62,136 nt of DNA. Origin: a virus. Lineage: Duplodnaviria > Caudoviricetes. Made by a program: the position numbers and the translations under genes. Below the pieces are notes generated by a model. The model ran no database searches. It was given only the letters and a program-made list of their open reading frames with translations, and was not told the origin of the DNA. The DNA lies in IMG/VR virus record IMGVR_UViG_3300021197_001167, positions 1 to 62,136 of that record; one strand, given 5' to 3'. Of the stretch, positions 36,625 through 44,515 are shown in pieces (the stretch's first letter is position 1; every line of letters starts with the position of its first letter).

Positions 36625-37731
36625 TTATGCTTCTCGGAGGAACATGCGTATTTTCTTCATGTATGTTAAAGTCATAGTATGAATGCAAACGGTTTCATCG
36701 TCGTCAATTTTTGTATCGAACTTTGCATCATAGTTGATAATGCTATCAACGCCTGCTTGAAGTCCAGTAGTAGTGTATAGTTCATCAAATACTTCTCCAA
36801 GAATCGACGCACCAAGACGATATGCGTTTTCATAATTTGTTCCCTTTGTAGTGACAAAAATCATTACATCATACTGTTGGTCGGTTCTTGTTCCGGCAAG
36901 AGTTAAAAAATCCGGAGAGTCAGCCTTTTGAATCATCACATGCACACTTGGCGTTGGGTATCGGTTAATCATGCTGTTGCTTGACAAATCATACCCGTAG
37001 CGGATTCCACTTGACCTTACATGTGTTTTTAACAACAAGCGATTACTATTGCGCAGAACTTCAACAACCTTCATTCCTGTGCGCAGAAGACTATGAGAAA
37101 TAAAATCGGACATATCCATTTCATCGGGAGAGTAAGAGCCATGCGGAGTAAAATAAACAGAGTAAAAATCAACCGTTCCGGTCGTAGTTCCGAAGAAAGC
37201 ACCCTGCGCAGAAGAACTTTTGCCAGTCACCTCAAGGTAATGTGTGTTTGCATCATCGTCTTCAATAATTTCGCCCATATACAATCGGGCTTTGCCGGAA
37301 CTGTCGAGAGTCAAACGCAATATAACGGGAATAGCCTCGTCATCAGCCATAGCCAAATCAAGAGTGTTGCTGGTTGTTGTAGTGCTTCCAACGAGTTTCA
37401 ACTTATTGAAAGTTCCATCACTATGAACTTCGACTCTATGAGTTCCATTATCGAGAGCCATAAGAACCTCACCATCACTCGCAACCGCTTCGATATGGAT
37501 AGCGGCAATCATAGTGAGGGAGTTATCATCATTAGCGACAGTTTGTTTCCAAGTCTGCCCTCCACTGGCCGAAGAGACACGCCAGTAGCCATTTGATGAA
37601 GCACCATCGCTTGCATCACCTGCTGTTAAAGTCCACGCAGTATTGTTGTCTCCAACGGGATTTAACGGGTCTTGTCCGTTTAGTCTTGCAGTCCAATAAT
37701 CGCTTTGTTTTGATACACTCATAATTCTCAA
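36625..37731 (-). CDS. Tail terminator-like protein with an extra N-terminal beta domain
   Basis: C-terminal YPTPSVHV...YDVMIFV pattern; immediately upstream of the tail tube gene. Confidence 0.55.
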   Translation of the reverse strand: MRIMSVSKQSDYWTARLNGQDPLNPVGDNNTAWTLTAGDASDGASSNGYWRVSSASGGQTWKQTVANDDNSLTMIAAIHIEAVASDGEVLMALDNGTHRVEVHSDGTFNKLKLVGSTTTTSNTLDLAMADDEAIPVILRLTLDSSGKARLYMGEIIEDDDANTHYLEVTGKSSSAQGAFFGTTTGTVDFYSVYFTPHGSYSPDEMDMSDFISHSLLRTGMKVVEVLRNSNRLLLKTHVRSSGIRYGYDLSSNSMINRYPTPSVHVMIQKADSPDFLTLAGTRTDQQYDVMIFVTTKGTNYENAYRLGASILGEVFDELYTTTGLQAGVDSIINYDAKFDTKIDDDETVCIHTMTLTYMKKIRMFLREA

Positions 37732-38429
37732 CCTCTTACTCCTGTTCCGCCAGTATTTGTTTTAATGCTTGCGCCGCCACTGCTCTCTGCTTTCGCCATA
37801 GCACCGCTTACGCTAAAGCCTGCATTTAATGCCGCAATCATTATCGCTTCTTTGGAGTTTGCTTCAATTCTTCTTACAGATGCCTTTTCAATTTCACCGA
37901 TATAGTCCATTGTTTTACGAAAGCCCGGATGCACTCTGCGCATACGCATACCAGTAGTCATCCAATTACCAACTCCTGTTTTAGCATACCAACGAGTGCT
38001 TGATTGAACCAACATAGGTAAATTACCGTAATTAAAAGGATTCATACCTTTTGCAACAATATGAGAAAGACGACCGCCTCTTTGTCCTAAAACACCTATT
38101 GGGGCTTCTTGTATTGAATCGCCAGTGTGAACAGTGAACTCCATTTTTTTATTCCTGTGAACCTTTAGAGCATTTGCTACTTTAGTGTGAATGTTTGTTG
38201 AGCGACCATAAGGAGGGAATGCGGGTGTGCGCACAGTAGCAAGTGGCCCTGCTAATGCTTTTAATTGTTTTTTCATAGAGTCCACCTCTTTTAACAATGC
38301 GGCATACATAGTATTGTCAAGAGACTCTTTGCCATGCGGCTCAAGTCTTTTAATAGCCATTTGTAGAGGTTTAGCATTATAGTTTATAGTGACTTCACTA
38401 TTTACCCCTCTACGAGTGTGTGTATTCAT
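37728..38429 (-). CDS. Tail completion/neck protein (HK97 gp10-like)
   Basis: Basic protein; RRVHPG motif; synteny in the neck region. Confidence 0.5.
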   Translation of the reverse strand: MNTHTRRGVNSEVTINYNAKPLQMAIKRLEPHGKESLDNTMYAALLKEVDSMKKQLKALAGPLATVRTPAFPPYGRSTNIHTKVANALKVHRNKKMEFTVHTGDSIQEAPIGVLGQRGGRLSHIVAKGMNPFNYGNLPMLVQSSTRWYAKTGVGNWMTTGMRMRRVHPGFRKTMDYIGEIEKASVRRIEANSKEAIMIAALNAGFSVSGAMAKAESSGGASIKTNTGGTGVRG

Positions 38430-38433
38430 TGTA

Positions 38434-38964
38434 TCAAGCCTTGCCTAAATGCGCAAGTCTTTGAAGACAATGATGACCTCTTTCACGGAAAGCCTGTCCT
38501 CTTAGTCCACCGTCTGCGCCAGTTTGGTGTGTTCCTTCATCTTCAAGATATTGACCTGCTGCCAAGTCTGCGCAGATTTCACGCAGAACATGCGCAAACT
38601 CTCCTTGTTGAACTGTGACTCCGGTTGCATGGTCGAATGAAATACCAGTCACGCCAGTAAGTGTGTGCGTAGATTTTCCAGTCCATGAAAAGGAATCTCC
38701 GTCAATGTTGCCACTGCCTGCGTCTGCGAATGATGTTCCGCTTGTAAGAACAAGACTTGTAGCACCTGCCTCAACTGCACCATTTGCTGTCGTTTCGCCA
38801 GTCTCTCGACTTGGCTCATCACGACCATATTCAAGAAACGATTGGTCTATTGCTATTGAAGCATGTCGAATATGTCGAGTAATGCGAGAAGAAGCCCTGC
38901 TTCTTTGCGCACTATCAAGTCCTAATCGAGAACCAACATCAGCGATGCTACAATAATACACCAT
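38434..38964 (-). CDS. Head-tail connector-like protein
   Basis: YYCSIADV N-terminus and LREICADLAA, typical of gp6/gp36-like adaptors, with a beta-rich insertion. Confidence 0.6.
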   Translation of the reverse strand: MVYYCSIADVGSRLGLDSAQRSRASSRITRHIRHASIAIDQSFLEYGRDEPSRETGETTANGAVEAGATSLVLTSGTSFADAGSGNIDGDSFSWTGKSTHTLTGVTGISFDHATGVTVQQGEFAHVLREICADLAAGQYLEDEGTHQTGADGGLRGQAFRERGHHCLQRLAHLGKA

Positions 38965-38965
38965 T

Positions 38966-39286
38966 TTACTTCACCTGTTCTTTTAGTTTTGCGATTAACT
39001 CGTCTTTTGTTCCCTTTGCGTCAATTCCATGTTCTGCGCACAAGTTAAGAAGTTCCGATTTGCGCATACGCTTCATTTTTGAAAAGGATGGCAGAGATTT
39101 AACTTCTTCAACAATTTCTTTTGCATCATCTGCTAATGACATTGCTTCTTCAAGTGTAAGTTGTCCGTCTTCAAGTGCTTCATCAAGAGCAGGTTTAATT
39201 TTTTTGTAGTATTTCAAAGCAAGCCCTGCGCCAAATAAACCTATTGCGCCTATAATTCCTAATGTTTCCATATCCATTTTATTCAC
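38966..39286 (-). CDS. Membrane-anchored SAP-domain protein
   Basis: Hydrophobic N-terminal helix; MRKSELLNLCAEHGIDAKGTKDELIAKL matches the SAP motif. Confidence 0.65.
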   Translation of the reverse strand: MNKMDMETLGIIGAIGLFGAGLALKYYKKIKPALDEALEDGQLTLEEAMSLADDAKEIVEEVKSLPSFSKMKRMRKSELLNLCAEHGIDAKGTKDELIAKLKEQVK

Positions 39287-39470
39287 CTCTGTATTCTACA
39301 ACGACCATTTTTGACTTCGGCACTATCGCAAAATGACGGCTTTCGCCATCCCTGTATAAACGGTAGCCGTGTGGTGTTTCTTCAATCTTTACATTAGTAT
39401 AGCACTTTTCCGGCGGGATATACACTATTTTACCTCGTCGCTTTCTATTTTCTTCACTCATTCTTCTCAC
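39279..39470 (-). CDS. Small hypothetical protein
   Basis: Coupled ORF in the structural operon. Confidence 0.55.
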   Translation of the reverse strand: MRRMSEENRKRRGKIVYIPPEKCYTNVKIEETPHGYRLYRDGESRHFAIVPKSKMVVVEYRGE

Positions 39471-39576
39471 CTGTTATCAAGTCTTTCTTTTGGTTTTTTT
39501 CTTCTTTGTCAAGCATTTTCGATTGCTCGTCAAACCATTTATCTAATAAATTGCATCTTGTCATATTATCATCTCA

Positions 39577-42141
39577 TTATATTGAAGGTCTTAATCTATA
39601 ATTAGGAATGAATCTACCCCTTCCATCATCAAGTAGTTGATAGTCTGCAATAAGGAGTATTCTTACTGTGCTTGGGTTTTCGGGTTCGCCGTCTGGGTGT
39701 CCTCCAACTTGCGAACCATTCATTACTTGATGCTCGCCAGCGTCAATAACTCTAACATTATTTACCCCATCTCCCGAAAATATTTGTAGTAAAGTCATAC
39801 CAAAGAAAACACCGCCTCCTACGGGAACATCTCTCATACTTTCAACAAAATAAGTTGGATAAGCACCTGTGGCTGAAAGTGGTATAGTCACATAATTAGT
39901 AGAATCAGCAGCAACTCTACTTTGACCGTAAAATATGTATTCACGACCTGTATTTGTTCCTACTGCACCTATGGCATCAATATTAACAATGACAGGATTA
40001 TTTGTATCGGTTTGTGGGGTAAATACTGATGTATTTTTTCCACTCCCTGTTGATAGCCCAAGTTGTATTGTGTCACCATTTGCTAATAATCTAAATGGTG
40101 AAAAGTTATTCGCTGTTGGGGCTTGGTCGTGCCTAAACAATGGATAACCACCGCCACTTGACGCAATAGTAATATTCCTACTTCCGCTTGCTGATTCAAC
40201 TAATGTAATACCTGTGCCTGCAACTAATTTATTTACCAAATAATCTTCTGTTGAGTCCGATGAAGATGTTTTTACCTTATCGTTATTTGCCGCAAAACTA
40301 AGTTGGTGTCCTATTGATGCCGCACTTGTAGTATCAAGCGTAATACTCATATTATTTCCTTGCAGTATTTTTGCACTAAGGTATGAAGGTATAAGGTCGC
40401 TTGAACTTATACGCAATTTAGAACCGTCAATAGTAATAGTTTTTTCTGCACCCGTTCCAGTGGCAAAAACATTTCTGTTTCCTGTTCCACCCGAAACAAC
40501 GGGAATTAGCCCATCGACAAAATTAAGAGTTGTAGCCGTAGTAGTCAATGCTACGCCTTCGTCTTTGACCGTTATACCACCACTGCCACCACTCACTGTT
40601 TGCCAAGAACAAGTGCCGTCGCCATTTTCTCTTAAAAACTTAGAACCGCTTGTTTCTCCCGTCGATTTTAATTCTGTGCCTTCTAAATCACAACCAATAG
40701 TCACTGCGCCTGTTGCACCACTAACCGTAATTCCTGTTCCCGCTACATTAGATGTGACACCTGTATTAGTTATAGTTAAAGTATCTGTTGCGCTTGCCAC
40801 TGATGTAATACCCGTTCCTTGAGCAATTGTTAAGGTATTACCGTCAGTAATTGTTTGACTTGAACCACTTGAACCTGCAACAGTAAAAGAAGTCATGCCT
40901 CCGCCTCCGCCTCCGCTACCTACTGCGCTTGAGCCAAACATTAGTGCGCCCGAAGTGCTATGAACCCATAATTGATTATCAAGTGGACTGCCTACTACGC
41001 CCGTCGTAATTATCATTCCGCCTTGACCTATGGTTAATGTTCCTGTTGCGTCATTAAAATTGAAAGTGCCATCTGTGCCAAGTTTTTGAGAAGTAAAACC
41101 ATAAGGAATTGCACCGCTTGCTATACTCACTAAACCTGTTCCTCCGCCCGAAACACCTAAGTTGTAAATGCCTTTATAGTAATAAATGCCGTCTGCTATG
41201 GGTAAAAAGCCCCATGTTCCTTTAATCGTTGGTCTATTAACAAGATGTATTGTTGCACCATAAACATCACTACCTTTCATTGAACAACCACTGTTAATGG
41301 TTAAGTTTGTTAATCGAACAATAGCACCTGCAATAACACCTACAAAGCCACCACTGCCGTTTGCCGTTCCATCAATAATTACATTTTCAAAAGCAAAAGT
41401 CCAATCGTTGTAAATAGGAGAACCTGTGACGGGAAAAGTAAAACCCGAACTTTTTGCTTGAAAAGTCCAAGTGCCTGCGCCGCCGTCAAACAAAGCCGGA
41501 GAGCCAATTGGTGTGCTAAATTGATTTGCGCCACCGTTATGTGAGCCTGTTGAAGTAATAGTCCAATTCATTAACCTATCATCAGCAGAAGGGGAGGAAG
41601 GCGCAGAAACATTGCCGCCACCAATGCTTATGCTTTTCATTTCAACATTGTATTTGTTTGCACTAAATGATGGCGTGATATAATCTGTTCTAAAGCCTGC
41701 TTTGAAAATCATGTGTGGGTATTTTCCCGCATCAATAGTTGTTCTTGTGCTGCCTGCAAAATTAAATTGAAGATTGTCAAATAAACCGTCTTCTGCAACC
41801 ATATCTGCGCAGTTAAGTTTTACATACGCTAAGTTGCTATGATAAGCAGGCGTGCCGTTAAAAGTTATTGCAACTGGCGCAGAAGGATTTATTCTTCGTT
41901 CTTCGTTTATGCTTAAACCAGTTGCGATAATACAATTTGTTGCAAACTTTACTGAACCTGTAAAGCCTGCTTGTATATCCATAATGCTTACTTCTGCTAT
42001 GTTCCAAGTGCATTCATAGGGAACATTGCCTGCAAACTGCACTGTATCGCCCGCAGTCGGAACGCCATTAGGAGTCCAGTTGCTTGCAACATTAGCGTTG
42101 CCGTTTGCAGAAGCAGACCATGTATATGTTGCCAAAATCAC
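39577..42141 (-). CDS. Fiber/adhesin-like structural protein (854 aa)
   Basis: G/S/T-rich; repeated AGTGIT motifs and ASNWTPNGVPTAGDTV, typical of fibers and adhesins. Confidence 0.75.
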   Translation of the reverse strand: MILATYTWSASANGNANVASNWTPNGVPTAGDTVQFAGNVPYECTWNIAEVSIMDIQAGFTGSVKFATNCIIATGLSINEERRINPSAPVAITFNGTPAYHSNLAYVKLNCADMVAEDGLFDNLQFNFAGSTRTTIDAGKYPHMIFKAGFRTDYITPSFSANKYNVEMKSISIGGGNVSAPSSPSADDRLMNWTITSTGSHNGGANQFSTPIGSPALFDGGAGTWTFQAKSSGFTFPVTGSPIYNDWTFAFENVIIDGTANGSGGFVGVIAGAIVRLTNLTINSGCSMKGSDVYGATIHLVNRPTIKGTWGFLPIADGIYYYKGIYNLGVSGGGTGLVSIASGAIPYGFTSQKLGTDGTFNFNDATGTLTIGQGGMIITTGVVGSPLDNQLWVHSTSGALMFGSSAVGSGGGGGGMTSFTVAGSSGSSQTITDGNTLTIAQGTGITSVASATDTLTITNTGVTSNVAGTGITVSGATGAVTIGCDLEGTELKSTGETSGSKFLRENGDGTCSWQTVSGGSGGITVKDEGVALTTTATTLNFVDGLIPVVSGGTGNRNVFATGTGAEKTITIDGSKLRISSSDLIPSYLSAKILQGNNMSITLDTTSAASIGHQLSFAANNDKVKTSSSDSTEDYLVNKLVAGTGITLVESASGSRNITIASSGGGYPLFRHDQAPTANNFSPFRLLANGDTIQLGLSTGSGKNTSVFTPQTDTNNPVIVNIDAIGAVGTNTGREYIFYGQSRVAADSTNYVTIPLSATGAYPTYFVESMRDVPVGGGVFFGMTLLQIFSGDGVNNVRVIDAGEHQVMNGSQVGGHPDGEPENPSTVRILLIADYQLLDDGRGRFIPNYRLRPSI

Positions 42142-42536
42142 ACCTGCCTACTATTGCTACTATCAATAACAAAAGCAGAACCGCCTTTTTCGGCAATTTG
42201 ACTTAAAAGTAAGTCGGCTTGACTCTCAAACGATTTAAGTTGAGAACCAAGTCTTATGTCCGTTCTTCTCTGCTCTGCTTCCGGCACATACGATGGTATG
42301 GTATCAATCATTACACGCAGACAATCTACGCATACAAGGAACTTAATTGCCGATTCACATTCAGTATCGGAGACTGCGCCCTGCGCAGAAACACCATATA
42401 GTGTTGCGCTTCTGCGCAAACGAGTAATTTGCGCACTACGAATGGTGATATATTCGCTTACTGTTGCGTCATTCAGTCCTCTCGGTCTGTTTAGCAAATC
42501 ACGAATTGTCGCTACTGATGGATTTGTTATTGCCAC
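42138..42536 (-). CDS. Head completion/adaptor protein
   Basis: 132-aa helical protein downstream of the MCP. Confidence 0.5.
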   Translation of the reverse strand: MAITNPSVATIRDLLNRPRGLNDATVSEYITIRSAQITRLRRSATLYGVSAQGAVSDTECESAIKFLVCVDCLRVMIDTIPSYVPEAEQRRTDIRLGSQLKSFESQADLLLSQIAEKGGSAFVIDSSNSRQV

Positions 42537-42936
42537 TCTTCTTCACCTTTGCACTGCTTTTCTTCTTTGGTGTAGCCTTTTTAGCCTTTGGTTTTGGCTT
42601 TTCAACCTTTGGTTCTTCAAAAGTTTCTGTCTTAGGAACATCAATTAAAGTGTGAACATCGGGGTTGTATTCTGCCCGACCCAAAGGAAACATTGCGCCA
42701 GTTTTCATAACTGTGCGTGCAAATTGACTTGCGGGAACAAAAATTACAGTGCCAATAGGGATTTCAACAGGTAATTGTTGTCTTGCATAAAATCGAGACT
42801 TAATTCGACGGAATAAATATCCTCGCTTTGCCTCCCAAGAGTTAAAACGGTGCATTAAAGCATCGAATGTGTCTTCTTCGGGAAGAGGGATTCCTTTTTC
42901 CTTTAGTGCCTTAGCAACTGCCGCCTTACTCTTCAT
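42499..42936 (-). CDS. Hypothetical protein with a Lys-rich tail
   Basis: N-terminal SAP/HeH-like helix pair; PKAKKATPKKK C-terminus. Confidence 0.6.
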   Translation of the reverse strand: MKSKAAVAKALKEKGIPLPEEDTFDALMHRFNSWEAKRGYLFRRIKSRFYARQQLPVEIPIGTVIFVPASQFARTVMKTGAMFPLGRAEYNPDVHTLIDVPKTETFEEPKVEKPKPKAKKATPKKKSSAKVKKSGNNKSISSDNS

Positions 42937-43126
42937 CCTTTATCACCTTTGGTTTAGGTTTAGAAGTCTTAACAGCCTTTGCTACTGGTTTTTTAAACCC
43001 ATCGCATAAGTCTTGAACCGCCCTTCGGCTTGTTTCGGCAGAGATTAACTTTGCCTCATCATCCGACAAGGAACGACCAAGACGCTTTTCTGCGTATTTG
43101 CAGAGGAAGTCGGCTCTATCGCTCAA
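42926..43126 (-). CDS. Small hypothetical protein
   Basis: GAGGTG RBS and TTG start after the MCP. Confidence 0.6.
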   Translation of the reverse strand: MSDRADFLCKYAEKRLGRSLSDDEAKLISAETSRRAVQDLCDGFKKPVAKAVKTSKPKPKVIKDEE

Positions 43127-43141
43127 TTAAAACACCTCGCA

Positions 43142-44068
43142 TCAAGCAGAGATGTTCGTAATCTTACAAATGCGGTTGTTCTTGCCATCGCCTGCGGTTT
43201 GTCCGTCTTGCATTTCGTGAACAACACAAGCCATGTAGCCAGTTAGCATCCAATCATAACCAACGCCCGGAATACGGGTTAGTTCGGTTTCCATGAATCC
43301 GTCACCATTGTATTGCAAGAACTCTGCTGTCTCTGCGCCCGGAATTAGTAAGAGTGCAGTGTCAGCAAGTAGTGCATCACGGCTGTAATAGATTGTCAAG
43401 TTTGCCATTCTCTTCAAGTGTTCTTGAAGTGATTCAACAACATTCCCGTAAAGAGTGGTTTGCAAAAGAACATTGCGGTGCTTTGAAGGAACAATAAGAG
43501 CAAGTGGTTCATCTCCGGAAACACGACCGTTCTCGAAGATTTTATCCATTGCACTAAGAATGTTTGCTTCTGCATCACCGCTTGCTGTGTCCCATTCCGA
43601 GCCACCTGCAACAGCGAGACTTTGACCTGCACCGCCAATAAGAGCAGAGATAATTAGGTTGTCGATGACAGTTGCACGATTGCGCACAATTGCCATTTGC
43701 TGTCGGTCAAGGTTCTCGAAAGTTTCGCCACGCAAAAGGGTGGAGTCAAGGAAGATACATCGACCTTGTCCTTTCTTCAAATGCACGCTGTAAGAAGCAG
43801 TTCCGATTTTGGTCGGGTCTGTCACTGCGTTATCAGCAAGAGGATAAGTAAAAGTTCCTTCTGCACCAGTGTAGAAAGTGAACTCAAGGTATGGCACAGA
43901 GCGCACACCAACAACTTTTGTTCCGACTGAAATAGTAGTGGATTGAAGTTCGATAAAGTCACGAAGAGTTTGTTCAAGCACTGCATCGGATTGTCCGAAT
44001 GGGCCGGTTGCTGCTTCGATAGTCAAGATTTGTTCAAGGGTTTCATTTGGCATATTATTCATCTCCAT
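43142..44068 (-). CDS. Major capsid protein (HK97 fold, probable)
   Basis: About 300 aa, after the protease/scaffold and decoration genes; VIDNLIISAL spine helix; W...DAEANILSA and LIVP motifs. Confidence 0.8.
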   Translation of the reverse strand: MEMNNMPNETLEQILTIEAATGPFGQSDAVLEQTLRDFIELQSTTISVGTKVVGVRSVPYLEFTFYTGAEGTFTYPLADNAVTDPTKIGTASYSVHLKKGQGRCIFLDSTLLRGETFENLDRQQMAIVRNRATVIDNLIISALIGGAGQSLAVAGGSEWDTASGDAEANILSAMDKIFENGRVSGDEPLALIVPSKHRNVLLQTTLYGNVVESLQEHLKRMANLTIYYSRDALLADTALLLIPGAETAEFLQYNGDGFMETELTRIPGVGYDWMLTGYMACVVHEMQDGQTAGDGKNNRICKITNISA

Positions 44069-44080
44069 TATTTTTTAGTT

Positions 44081-44503
44081 TCAGTTAGCACCGCCAACGC
44101 CGGTCATAACAGGAATCAAGTCGCCTGCTACAAGAGTAGCATGTGTTCCGCCAATGTAATAACCGATGATTTTTCCGGCATCGTCGCTTCCGGAGTCATC
44201 ACCGTCTGCAACAAGTCCGGAGTTGTCTGCATAAACAGGAAGTCCAGTTGTGTAAGTTTGACCTGCTTTTGATGCGACCATTAGAACTCCGCCAAGAGGT
44301 CGGAATCCAACAGTTGCACCTGCTGCTTGCACAAGACCCGAAGAATCTCTTTCGGATTCATCAGCAGAGACTCCGATAACGGTTTCTCCCCATGTGACAA
44401 GGTCAAGTGTGTTCGATGTTCCGTCGTTGGTGAGCAAATAGCCCGGCCCTGCGACGGTTGTTCCTGTTTTCAATACTGCGCTTCGCACTTCATCTTTATT
44501 CAT
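44081..44503 (-). CDS. Capsid decoration/cement protein
   Basis: G-rich beta protein (VIGVSA, GLPVYA..G, IIGY) between scaffold and MCP genes. Confidence 0.65.
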   Translation of the reverse strand: MNKDEVRSAVLKTGTTVAGPGYLLTNDGTSNTLDLVTWGETVIGVSADESERDSSGLVQAAGATVGFRPLGGVLMVASKAGQTYTTGLPVYADNSGLVADGDDSGSDDAGKIIGYYIGGTHATLVAGDLIPVMTGVGGAN

Positions 44504-44515
44504 TTTTAATCACCT

